Part shown: positions 37,981 to 50,478 of the stretch, piece after piece
Layout: every line of letters begins with the position of its first letter
Numbering within the stretch: the first letter of the stretch is position 1
Assembly (NCBI RefSeq): GCF_018977255.1
Contig: NW_024704742.1
Span: 130,326,001 to 130,390,000, forward strand
DNA: 64,000 bases
Source: Callorhinchus milii
Lineage: Eukaryota
Direction of reading: 5' to 3'
Position numbers and translations under genes: made by a program
Notes under the pieces: model-generated
The model's database searches: none
The model's input: only the letters and a program-made list of their open reading frames with translations
What the model was told of the DNA's origin: nothing

Positions 37981-39279
37981 AGGCCCCTTAGCAGCACAGT
38001 TATTGTAAATCAAGGGCATTATTCCTCTCTGACCCAAAGTGCCCACGGCCTTACATACAAACACAAGTCTCTCAAATATTTCCCCGAGTTAGAAATAAAA
38101 AAAATGCAAAAAGATCAACTGCAAATCATGAAAATCAGAACTAAAAGCACATACACTGGAAATCCAGCCGGTTGGCCAGGCTGCAAAAGAGGTTGAACAG
38201 CACAACTTAAAAGCTCCAACATGATTCTTATTTTCCAAGCCAAATATTTTCTGAACATTGTAACTGTCAATTCGCCCGCTCGGCTGGACTATTCTTATCC
38301 AGAAGCGAGCTAAGTTTACCCATGTCTCAAATGATTATTAAGCTCCCTCAGTGTTGCATGTGCTCTGTGCAGGATTGGAGGAGGGCAAAGGATCCAGACA
38401 CTGGTAAGAGACTCTGCCTCACACAGTGTTGTCAGATTCACTCAGGAGCTCAGAATCTCATACTTGCTCCGCTGGCATCTCTCACAGAGCTGTCAAATTC
38501 TCCTTCATTATCCACCTGGTTAACTTCACAAGCATTTCAAAAGTAATAACTTTCACCAAATATTACCATCGTCGTCTCATCTGCATTAATGAGAAAAATA
38601 ATCCCCGTGCTGTGGAAATGTAAGAAAATGTACTTCTCATTGCCTGATCGCACACAGAGTTCTTAGTTATGGGTACATCACTGAATATCTGCGCTGTCAA
38701 AAGGATTGACAGCTGTTGAGAATTCAGAATTGGCTGCCGCTCTACAAATACGTCAAGCTTTATATACAAGTCCATATCTCACTCTATCAAACTTGTGGTT
38801 TTCAAAACGCACGCTGAAACAGATATTTGTAATACAGGCTTTCAACATTAATAATTCTTGCATTCAATAAAGTGCCTATAATATTGAGAACATCTTTTTT
38901 TTACCTTAAAGTGTAGTGACTATTTTGCAGGCAAACACAATGACCAATTAACAATGCCCCACAAACATCCATGAGGTAAGTGATTGATTCTGGCTGGAGA
39001 TTTGTCAGCCAGAAAACCGGGAGAATCTTTTGAAATAGTGTTGCAAGATCTTTAATGCCCACCTGACCAGGTAGACAGGAACTCAGTTTAACATCTCATC
39101 CAAAGGACAGTACCTCTGACAACTCACTGAAGTGTGAGCCGAGACAAAATGGGCTTGAATTCTCAACATGGAGCTTGAACTCACAACCTCATGATGACCC
39201 AGAGCCAAGAGTCAACAACCAACAGCCATTGAATCTTTGTGACTATTCACAATCCCTTTCCCACCTAACCCCCGGCATA

Positions 39280-39583
39280 TAAAATAATATAGCGACTTAT
39301 CACGTCTTTAAGACCCCTCAAAGCGCTTCACAGAATATACTTTAAAGTGAATTGACTATATATTTTGTGGGTGAAACAGTCGTGGATTGAGTAACCCAAT
39401 TTTTTTTAAGGTATTATTATCCCCAGAAAAGTAATCCACCAATCGACTAACAAACGGATACTGCTAGGTAAACAGAGGTGTGTAGAGTAAGAAATTTGCC
39501 CAACGTTTCGCCCTGCCCAGGAATCAAACCCAGGTCCTCTCGCTTGCGAGGCGAGTGCTCTAACCACTGAGATTCAGGACTCC
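39280..39583 (-). mobile_element. Family A SINE
   Basis: ggaatcaaacccaggtcctctcgcttgcgaggcgagtgctctaaccactgag. Confidence 0.9.
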
Positions 39584-40519
39584 ACATCACTTGCTGGACC
39601 AAAAGAAAACCCATTATCAGATTAAAATGTATACAATGTATAAAATGTATAAAATAGTTTGCCACAAACATAGACTGAACCATATGTTCTGGATGTAAAG
39701 TGTTTCTGGAGCCAATTCAGCTCTATGTATTATTTTGCTGATTCTCCAAACTTCACAACTGGCTCAAAGCCTCCTCTGAAACTTCCCTACAGGAATCCTG
39801 AATAAAGCTTATGGACTAACATTCTGGTTCAGCACAAATTCTCGTGAAATCTATCTTCCCGATAGTGAAACAGTGGAACAGAGGGAACATGCCCTGTTGG
39901 AGAGTTATCTTATTTTCACACATGAGAAACGCCACAGCACCACCACAGGAAGAAATCAACGCAACCAACGACAGATTACACAGAGCATTACAGCATGGAA
40001 ACAGGCCATTCGGACCATCTAATCCATGCCAGCACTTCATAAGCCTCCACTCCTCCCAATCCCCTTCTATTCCCTGGTCCCTCATGTATGGATCATGTTT
40101 TCCCTTGAATATACTGAAGCTTTTGTTCATCTACCGCAGCTCTCAGCAGATCAACTGATGCCTAATCGCAACATGGAATCCCATGCAAATAATCACTTTG
40201 TATAACTATCTCATCCATTTTCCAAATACCTGACAATCACTGGCCATTTGAGCCATTTCCCGGCCAAAGGAAGGTGTCTAAAGACTGACTAATCTAACCG
40301 AGAAGCAAAATGATGGCAGCAAAACAAGCTTCACACGTGTTTGGGAATGTGACCCATCGTGATTTTTTGAAAGCAAATTGTTGGTAAAACACACAATTCC
40401 AGTTGTATTAGTACAGCAGCTTTCAGTTTGTGAATGATGCATTTTAGACCCATAGTAATAGCTTCAATCTGGAGTAGACTATTGATCCATCCGATGTCCC
40501 AAAAGACATCGGATGAATG

Positions 40520-40730
40520 GATGTTCACTTTGGGAGGACTTCCCAACGTGCTAGACAGTCAAGGATGTGGTTGGGATCAGGAGGAGCAGAGGGCAGATTG
40601 GGTGGGGGTCGGAGGCTAACCAAAGATGCAGTCGAAGAGGAGGGTCTTGAGATGGATCTTGAAGGAGGCAAGGGAGGGGGCAAGGCGAAGGGACTGTGGG
40701 ATAGAGTTTCAAAGGGTGGGGGGGGCACAA
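40520..40730 (-). mobile_element. L2 LINE 3' fragment
   Basis: accaaagatgcagtcgaagaggagggtcttgagatggatcttgaaggagg. Confidence 0.75.
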
Positions 40731-43694
40731 AGGCTGAAAAATCCCATTCCTCTTTGAAACCCAGTTCAGTTCACACGACCAGTAAGAAGTTAGGTTTTTC
40801 AGGCTGTAATAAATTGAATTTTTACGGAAAGCTCCGTTTCTGTAAAAAAAAGCACTGCATCCTCCCCAACAACCACCTCTGGGACCAGGTGACACAAACA
40901 CCGAACAGAAGATTGCAGCTAGTCGAGCCTCATCTAGGCACTGCTATCCCGCATACCCTTAGGAGGAAGTTAGAGAAAATTTTGCATTGTCAGCCCTCTA
41001 ATCACTCCCCATTTATAATACTATAATAATATGCATTTGACATAACGCCTTTCTTGTCAGAAGGAGATATCAAAGCACTTCAATGTGTATTTTGTAGGTG
41101 AACATGGCATCCGATTTGTGCATACGAATGGCTCACAAACAGCCCTCAAGTGAGAGACTAATTTTATTTGAGGGATTGATGATAGCTGGCAAAATAGTGC
41201 ATTGGATCTTGTAAATCTAGATGCCCGTATTTAATTAATTAAATGCTCAAGCACCCTGCCATGAAATGCCACAAGTCTCATTCCTAAAATGCCTCATTTA
41301 TAACTGAAGCTGAACCTGACCGTAGCAACTTTCCTTGACATAATAATTCTTTGCAAGACACTTTTAGTAGAGCGATGCCTTTCCCCCATCCTTCTCACCT
41401 TTAAATGCCGCCTAAAGACCTTGCTTTTTGATTGTGCTTACGGTCGCCTCGCCCCTCCCTCTCCCCTTGGCTCGTTGTAAGACTGCGCCACAGTGAAGCA
41501 CTCCGGGACCCTACCCCATGTGAAGGGCGCTATATGCATGCAAAGTTGTTTCTGTTGATAACTGTGACACATTGCGTACCCCGTCTCCCCTCCCCCCTTC
41601 CCCCACCCCTCCCCAATACAAGCAGAAACGCAATCACTTGTCAAACTGGTAAAATCATCAACATCGGGGCTGAGAGGCACTTGTAAGGACTCGGTAGCAA
41701 GTCTGCTTTGACACCTAAGTGTCACACGTAACACAGTCCAGCTATCAAAACAACCAACCGAGCAGGCATCAAACCTAACAGCAAGCTCCACAAACACACC
41801 GCCAGCCGGAGGGGGGAAGGGGGGAATTCAAGGGTTAAACAAATCAAGAGAAACTGGCTGCTGCTATTCACCTTCAAAATACACAGTCAACCCACTTTAC
41901 AGCATAGTTTACAGGCAATCCGAGAGGTCTCAACAGTATATCAAATGCAAGGAATATTATTATTAGCTGTACAACAGGGTCGATTAAATATAAAGACCTT
42001 TGACAGACGAGCAAAGACATTCTCACTTACTCGCTCGCTCACATCTAATCCACCAGCAAACACACTGAACTGTTCAAAGACATCTCACTTGACAGAGTGT
42101 GGCACATGAGGTTCCTTGCACAGTACCTGCTCTTACTTCAGGGATCTCATTGCTCTCTCTCTCTCTCTGTCTCGCGGTCTGTCAGGCTTCACCGTTCCTC
42201 CGGAATTTCTGTCAGCCGCAGCTGCCGACTTGAGTTAATCCCGTCCGAGAAGGTTATCAGGAGTCCCATGAGGCTGGGTAATTGGTGCGATCACCTGCCG
42301 GCTTTCCTCCTGTGGGGAGAGGGAGGGAGGGAGGGAGGAGGAGGAGAGAAGGGTGGTGCTCGTGATGAGGAGCGGGGTGCGGGGTGAGAGCAAGGAGGTG
42401 AGTTGGGGGTGTGTGGAAAGATCACTACTGAGCGAATGCAGCCCAGTTGCTGACTTGCTCTCTCTCTCGCTGTAGCTGTCCTATGTTAATCACTGCCTGC
42501 CTGCCTGACTGACAGACAAGCCCCTCTCTCTCTCTCTCTCTCTGGTATCCGTCTGCATGCGCTTGCCTTCTGGCTCCTATTCGCACTTAGCTTTTGACTC
42601 AATCACGTGTGTTGTAGAGGAGGGGATTGCTGTGCCCTCTGCCCACACCACCCAGCGGAGGCAATTTCTCTCCATCATTCATTCAACAGAATCACCCTCC
42701 TCCTTTCTCTCTCCTTCTCGCTCTCCTCTCCTCCCCTCTCTCATTTTACTTCAGTCAACATTTCACACACACACGTTGACACACAAGTCCGTGAAAGGAA
42801 TCAGTTCCCCCGCTCTAGATCAGCACTCCGAGACACTACCCCACGTGAAGGGTGCTATATAAATGCAAGTCGCTCTCGTTGTTGAAGATTAAAAGGGATT
42901 TCGCAGGCCACCCAGCTATTTAATGTTGAAGTCATTAGGCAGCACATTCTGGGCAGTCAAGTTGTTTATAACACGCCCGTTTAATGCTTCCTGACCGGAA
43001 TTGATGGCAGCACAAATAAAGCAGGAAAACACTGTTTTGCTTTAGGCTACAGGGCACATATAGTCCCCTAACATGCTCGCACGGGTCACAGTTCAATCCT
43101 GTTCTTTATACAATTTGTTTTTCTTGAAAAAAGTTACCCAAGAATTTTTTTTAATTTCACCAAAGTCTAATTTGCAGCAATTTCCTTAACTAGATATTTT
43201 CTTCTTAAAGGATCGCGTTAGAATTCCCGTTGACCTGGAGTAACTCCTCTCCAGATGTACAGGGTGACCAAAAAGCCATGATAAATACCCGTTTATCTAA
43301 AAACAAACAAAAATATCATGATTTCTTTAAGACTTATTAGACATTGTAATGGACGTTTTGGTCCCCCTGTAGAAGGCACCTGGAGCGCAGTTCTTGTGGC
43401 CAGCACCTTGGGATGTCCTCCCGACGTGAAAGGAGTTATACAAATTTAATTTGATGTTGTTGTTGCCGTCGTGACGTGATTCCAGAGATACAGAGAGGAG
43501 ACTCCACATTTGCTCAACCCAGATTTCACATTAAGAGACGAGTGGGTGACATTTCTCACTCATATTAATTTTTTTTAAAAAAGTTCTGAAATAAATACTT
43601 GGGAAAATATTAAAACATTACAAAAGGTCAGTATCTCTTCAAAGGACAGTGGATTTCTTTCAGTTTGTTCCGTCAGCACCGAATTTGCTGTCAA

Positions 43695-44088
43695 ATTTCA
43701 AAATTTCATCGATTTCAAGATCCTCACCCTTGTATTCAAGTCCCTGCACTCCTCTGCACCGCCCTACCTCTCTGACCTCCTCTCTCCTCAAAACAGTACC
43801 CGTTGCCTTCGTTCCTCCGGATCTGGCCTCCTCCTCGTCCCCCGAGTCCTGCTCTCCACCTTCGGCGGCCACTATGACCCGAGATTCTGCAACTGCCTTC
43901 CTCACTCCTTTCGTCTCGCTCCCTCCCTTCCCATTTTCAGGTCTCTGCTGAAGACCTTTCTTTTCGACCACGCCTTTGGTCACCTTCCTCCCCCTCCCCC
44001 CGGCTTGGTCCCGGGATCCGTTACTGTGAAGCGCTCTGAGACGCCGTCCGGCGTGGAGGGCGCTATATAAATCCAAGTTGTTGTTGTT
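43695..44088 (+). mobile_element. L2 LINE ORF2 C-terminus plus tail
   Basis: atcgatttcaagatcctcacccttgtattcaagtccctgcac = IDFKILTLVFKSLH...PPYLSDLL; ends gcgctatataaatccaagttgttgttgttg. Confidence 0.9.
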
Positions 44089-46929
44089 GAAATGCAGAAT
44101 TCTTAATTTTGTTTTGTTTTTCTTTCTCTGAAATTTGCTCCTCTTGGTGAAGGTGCTGAGTGAAACTCGGGGTAAAGTTCCACAAGTACCAATGTTTTTC
44201 TTTCACCTCGTGCAAGTAACCATTCTTTATGCGTCAGGCTGGGTGGCTACTGGGGGCTGTTACATGCTAACACTGGTGATCTGAACTCACCCAACTCAGG
44301 CTGACAACAAGTGCAACAACAACAACAACATTACATTTGTAAAAAGCCTTTCACGTCAGGAGTATGTCCCAAGGCGTCCAAAGTACAGTGTTGGGAGAGC
44401 ACAGCGTTATCAAAGGTGCTGTCTTTCAGTTGACACGTTAAACTGAGAAGCTGACCATGGGCAGAGGGTAAAAATATTCTTGGGGGGCAGCTCAGCTGAG
44501 CTCCCTTCGAAAAGAGAAAGGACAAAATTTCACCCACAATTATACAGTCACTACACTTTACAGTATATTCTTTGAAACGCTTCAAAGATGCGATAAGGCA
44601 CTATATCAAATGCAAGGATTATTATTATTTATTATAGAAGGGAGTTTCTCTCTCCCGATGTCTCGGCCAACAATCCTGCAGATAAAACTGTTCATTCATC
44701 TCCTGGCTGTTTGTGGGAACATACATAGCTGTGTACAAATTGCCTGCCACATTTTGTCTATAAATACAGTCATTCATCTATAAATACAACAACTGCACAA
44801 CAACATTTGCTATAAAGCATCTTGTAGTGCTATAGTCTCCCTATTCAGGTCCAACGGGACCAGTGTAATGAGCACAGACCAAGATTCAAACCAGTGAGAG
44901 TCTGATGAATAAGCTGCAGCTCTACCCAACATACACCAATGGGCGGGGGGGCAGCCTCCCCAGGAAAGCTGCATTGCATTTGCTAAATGAGCCACCTTTC
45001 CCCCCCTCAACTTCTTCCTACCTCCCGGGGGAGCTGACAGCTTTTTCTGAGCAAAAGGGTATTTCTAGGGCTCAACATTTTGTGTTGCGAGACTCTAAAA
45101 TAGACTGTGGGATGAACAACGATGCACTGTGACTCACTCAATGTGCTGTTCAAGTACAAATTGACTGTTATTTAGATGCTCTGATTATTTGCACTTCCCT
45201 CTGAACCAGTTTACCCCCAGGTTGGTATCTATCGGAATCCAGGCATTTCCAAATGAGAAGGGAGCTTCTCCCGGTGTCTGGTAAACAATCCCGTCAAATA
45301 AAATTTGTCACTCACTTCAGGGTCATATTTGGGGACATCGCTAGTAGTAAACCACCTGCTGCTTTCGCTTGCAAAATACAGTCACTCCACTTTATGGTGA
45401 AATCCTGTGAAGCGTTTTAAGATGTCTTTTCAACATGAAAGCGCTGTATCAGATGCAAGGTGTGTTTTTAGTAATCTCTTCAGTGAACCCCACCTCTCTG
45501 AGCCCATACGCAAAGTAATTACTCCCTGGCAGCAGCACACAAAATCTGTACCTCTGTGTGTGGCACAGCCACACGGCTATTCTCCTCAGAACTTTGGCTA
45601 ACGTAAGAGCTTGATGAAGGGACAAGGGCAAAATCGGAGCCAAAAAATACTTAGCAACAAAGAAGGAATCACTCTTTAATTTACCACGAGTACCTGAAGT
45701 TCTAATATTCACTACATTTGTTTACCACTGATTAGGATCAGATTAGGAACAAGTCGGCTATCGATCTGGTGAATTGCTTTTCAGAGGTAATAACTCCACC
45801 CCCATCACACCCCCAAACAAAATATATAATTTGCTCTGTGTATGACTGTTTGTGGGACATTGCTGTGTACAATTGGCTGCCGCGTTTCACCCACAAAATA
45901 CACAATCAATCCACTTTGCAATACGTTGGGTGAAGCTCTTTGAGACGTCTCAGTGATGTGATAGAGTGCTGTATCAAATGCAAGGATTATTATTATTATA
46001 AAAGCTCACCATATAAGCACCAGCCCAGGTATGAGAGGTATCTGTACCATGTGTCGTATACAACAAACCAGAACAGAGAACTTCATATCCACCACTTACC
46101 CTTGGCTGTGTGCACTGACAGATCCTTAACCCATCCACCAGATGGAATGACACAAAATCTCTTGATCGGGAGATGCCAGGTTTTTGAAGCGGTTCTGACA
46201 AAGAGCTCAGTTGGAAAAGGAGGAATTTGAGGAATACGGCTACTTTTAGCCAACATGCGGACGGGATACTCGGAGCAATAAGTGAGGAATTCCGGCAGCA
46301 AGTACTGAAAGAAGCTCAGAGTTCACGGCCCGGTGCTTTGTATGTGGACGCTTGTGAAGAGCTATAGGCAAGCTCAGGGAAACCTGATGAAACATGTTTT
46401 CCTGTGCAACTTGAAAATTTAGTCTGTTTAGCCTGTGAGTCAGGAGAGGCAAGTCACTACGTGCTGGCTGAAGTCAGAGGAAAACTTTAATCACATGTCC
46501 CGTAAAAGAGCTTCTGTCTCGAAAACGACACAATTTCTAGACATGCATATTTAGGACAGCAAAATGAGGCCCCGATGAGAGATTTATTCACATTGATCCC
46601 CACTCCTCCCCGTGGTCACAGAGCCAGCCCTGTGATGCAGGAATCAGCCCTTCAATTGATGACAACAACAAGATTCTACACATGTCAACACCAGCGTTTC
46701 GGAAACTTGATATTTTACGGTGCTCTTAAAGGGGCACCGTCATCCTGTTGAATCTTAGTGCAGCACAGTTGACTTTATTTATTGCCGTGCTCTGCGCTCG
46801 TGACACACGACTGCTGTTAACCCTAACATTCCCCCCACCCTATCCCCCTCCACTTTCTGTGGTACCTTCTGAGCTTGTCACATCACCCTAACACCAACAA
46901 CTCTGCTCCAGTAGCTCTCCACAGTGACC

Positions 46930-47345
46930 TACACCTCTGAGTCAGAAGATTATGAGTTCAAACCCACGACAGGACTTTGAGCTTACACTCTTAGCTGACA
47001 TCCAATGCATATACTTGGGAGTAGCACTGCATAGTCAGAGGTGCCGTCCTTCAAATGCAACATTAAACCAAGGTCCCCGTCTGCTTGTTCAGGTGAATGT
47101 TAAAGATCCCAGGTACTATTGGAAAAGAGAAGGTAGTTTATACTGGTACCCGGGCCAACAATTCCTCAAATAAAATTGGCCACTCACTTCATGACTGTCT
47201 GTGTGACTCCCTCATCTTTTCATCCAAAGGCCGGCATCTCCGACAATGTAGAGCTTCTCCCAACACAGCACTGGAATGTCAGCATAGACAATAGGTGTTC
47301 AAAGTCCCAACGTGGGGCTTGAACCCACAAATCTCTGACACAGAG
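46930..47345. mobile_element. Two family B SINE pieces in inverted orientation (plus 46930-47200, minus 47218-47345)
   Basis: ctctgagtcagaagattatgagttcaaacccc versus ggggcttgaacccacaaatctctgacacagagg. Confidence 0.75.
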
Positions 47346-48277
47346 GCTAGAATGCTTTTTCAACAAGGCAAGTTTAGATAATTACAGCCACGAGTAGGGA
47401 TCGCTCTGCACAGGATGTACTTGTGGAAACAGAGGATCTCTTGTGCTGGCTGTAAATTAGTAGCATTTAGCTACTTTCCTTCACTCTAGGAAGTACAGTA
47501 ATTCTTCTGGGTTGCCAACAGAGAACAGTCAGGTACTGTATTATTCCATGACGATACGGTCATCAAATAGGGGCCAACTTATTACACAAACAATGCAATT
47601 CAGGGCTGCAACTCCCAGATCATGGCGCAAAATCAGTTTGTGTTTCTCAAAGGAAAAAATATATATATGTAAGATTTATTTTCCCCACCAGCGGGCCAAC
47701 AAAAGCAAATATAGAATTCTGAAATGAGCAAAAACACTGTTGACGCGCAGCGTTCTCTTTAGTGCCTAGTAGTGTGTTCCCTACTGGCCTGGTCGCTCCT
47801 TCCACTCGACACACAACGCCCTGCTTCATGTACCCTGCTCAATGAACCCCAGCCATTCTGGAACTACAGTCTGGAGACCTTCTGCCTTGGCCCCTCCTCC
47901 CCAGCTTCAAATCCCATCTTTAGGCCATTTTTTTTGGCCGTGCTTTTGGAAACCTTCCTCCCCTCCCCCACTGAACTTTACACCCCTCCCCCAAATATAC
48001 TTTTGCTCCCTCCCTACTCAGCTCCCCTCTCCCTCCCCGACTCAGGCTTTTAACCACAACTCTATGACAACCATTGCAGATTTCATCTTTAACAATTGAA
48101 TTTTCTCTCCAGCAGAACTGAAGAATTCTTCTGCGACAATAATTGAAGACTATCTCTATGATAAAAACCTACTAAAAGGCAAGCAACAGCACTAGCTCTC
48201 GCCTGACCAACTTCATAGACTAAATGTGTCCACTAATACAAGGGGTTTCTGTCTTACTGGGAGTTGGTGGAGGAGAA

Positions 48278-48653
48278 AATAATAATAATAATCCTTGCAT
48301 TAGATATAGTGCCTTATTACATCTTCGAGACATCTCAAAGCGCTTCACAGAATATACTGTAAAGTGAACTGATTGTATATTTTGTGGGCAAAACACGGCA
48401 GCCAATTGTGCACAGCAGTGTCCCACAAACCGTCTTGGATTGAGTGACCAATTTATTCTTTTATTGTTGAAGGAATTATTACCCCTGGAAAAGCAATCCG
48501 CCAATCAACTAACAGCCAGGTTTCTAGTTACTGCTAGGTAAACAGAGGTGCGTAGAGTAAGCAAACTTGCCTACGGTTTTGCCCTGTCCGGGAATCAAAG
48601 CCAGGTCTCTCACTTGCGAGGTGAGTGCTCTAACCACTAAGCTACAGGACTCC
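48278..48653 (-). mobile_element. Family A SINE, full length
   Basis: Matches the family pattern. Confidence 0.9.
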
Positions 48654-49035
48654 ACATGGAGAAAAACGATGAAAATCACCAGATTTCCCACAAATGAACA
48701 CCACATTGAAAGCCAGGCTGGAAAGTGCAGACGTATGGATGGAATCAGGCGGTTTATAATACCACATCCTCCTCCCTCCTCCCAGTAACAAAATAACAAA
48801 CACTCCCTTTCCAGACTTACACATAAATAACGGCCTCAGGGCCAGGAGCAATCTTCACCAGAGGAGGGGAGAAGAGAGAGAGACTACGAGAAGAATGGAA
48901 AATCCCATTATACACTCAATTGTAAAAGTCACTATACTTAGCAGCAAGAAAAATCTGACCTCCATGTCTGAATATAATAACTTGCCTGCGTCTCAACCAC
49001 AAAATACAGTCGAAATACTATATAATATATTATGT

Positions 49036-49376
49036 AATAATAATAATAATAATCCTTGCATTTAATAATAATAATCCCTGCATTTGATATAGCGCTTTTC
49101 ACATCTTCTCGACATCTCAAAGCGCTTCACAGAATATGCTGTAAAGTGAAGTGACTGTATATTTGTGGGCGAAACGCGGCAGCCAACTGCGCACAGCAGT
49201 GTCCCACAAACAGTCGTGGATTGAAGTGACCAATTTATTATTGTTTTTTTTCTTGAGGGATTATTATCAGGCGTGTGGAGTAAGGAAATTTGCCCAAGGT
49301 TTCACCCTGGCGGGAATCAAACCCAGGTCTCTCACTTGCAAAACGAGTGCTCTAACCACTGAGCTACAAGGCTCCA
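49036..49376 (-). mobile_element. Family A SINE, internal-deletion subfamily, with duplicated tail end
   Basis: ggattattatcaggcgtgtggag junction lacks roughly 65-70 nt present in other copies. Confidence 0.85.
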
Positions 49377-50124
49377 CTTATGTGAAGCACTTTGAGATGC
49401 CTCAATAATGTGATAAGGTGCTATACCAAATGCAAGGATTATTACTGTGATTATAATCATTGCATTTCATACACTGCCTTATCATGTCATCGTCACATCT
49501 CAAAGCCTTCACAGAATTCACCGTAAAGTGCAGTAACTGCATATTTGTAGGCAAACGCAACGAGGCTATAACAGTTTAAAGGTTTGTCATAGACCAATAT
49601 TCCTTTTAAGAGTTTTTTCCAACACAGCGGTGTAATAATCTCAATAACATTAATAGTCTCACAAAACTGGTGCATAATACTGAATTCAATAACGTAGAGC
49701 TTTTTGAGAGCTCTGAAAATATTACATCATTCTCCTTTGAAACCCTACTTCTGAGCAAGCTCTGTGCCATTGCATGTTCAAAGGTCAAGTTTAAAGGCTT
49801 TAAATTTTCTGCAAAATTGTTAACAAAACTGAATCAACAGCAGTAAATTTCCCCCTGCAATTCTTAATCTCACATTTACTTCCTGTTTTTCCTATAACTC
49901 TGCTTTCAGAATAGATGGGGCCCCGAATGCTCTTTGTTGTGTAGTTTGTGCAGACAGTAAGTCGGGTTTAATGTGAGGATATTAAAAAGTCCCCTTAGCC
50001 CCCAAATTCCACCTGGTCAAGCACTTTGTCTTAAAATTTAACATTGCGCAGCATTAGAATAGAAATAGAGACGCTGTTCGGTATGGAGAGCGCTATATAA
50101 ATCCATGTTGTTGTTGTTGTTGTA

Positions 50125-50215
50125 GAATGGGAATAGAAACATATAAACAGGAGTAGGCGATTCGGCCCTGTTCTGCCATTGTATAAGATCATGGCTGATC
50201 TGTACCTCAACTCCA
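50125..50215 (-). mobile_element. HE1/HER1-type (CR1 clade) 3' tail
   Basis: aacaggagtaggcgattcggccc...ttctgccatt...aagatcatggctgatctgtacctcaactcca; a plus-strand copy lies at about 55470-55560. Confidence 0.75.
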
Positions 50216-50257
50216 AGGAAATTCTTAAATCCAGCTTTTGTTTGGAAGCCACAGGTC

Positions 50258-50478
50258 TGAATTGTTGGCCAGGACACCAGAAGAAACTCCCTTCTATTTT
50301 CGAATAGGCCACGGGATCTTTAACGTCCACCTAAACAGGCAGATGGGACCTTGGTTTATCGTCTCATCCGAAGGAGGGCATCTCCGACAATGCAACAGCC
50401 CCCCAGCACCACATTGGAGTGTCAGCTTAGAGTATGTGATAACCTTCTGACTCAGAGGCGAGAGTGCTACCACTGAGT
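50258..50478 (-). mobile_element. Family B SINE 5' half
   Basis: gttggccaggacaccag...gggatctttaacgtccacct...aaccttctgactcagaggcgagagtgctaccactgag. Confidence 0.85.
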
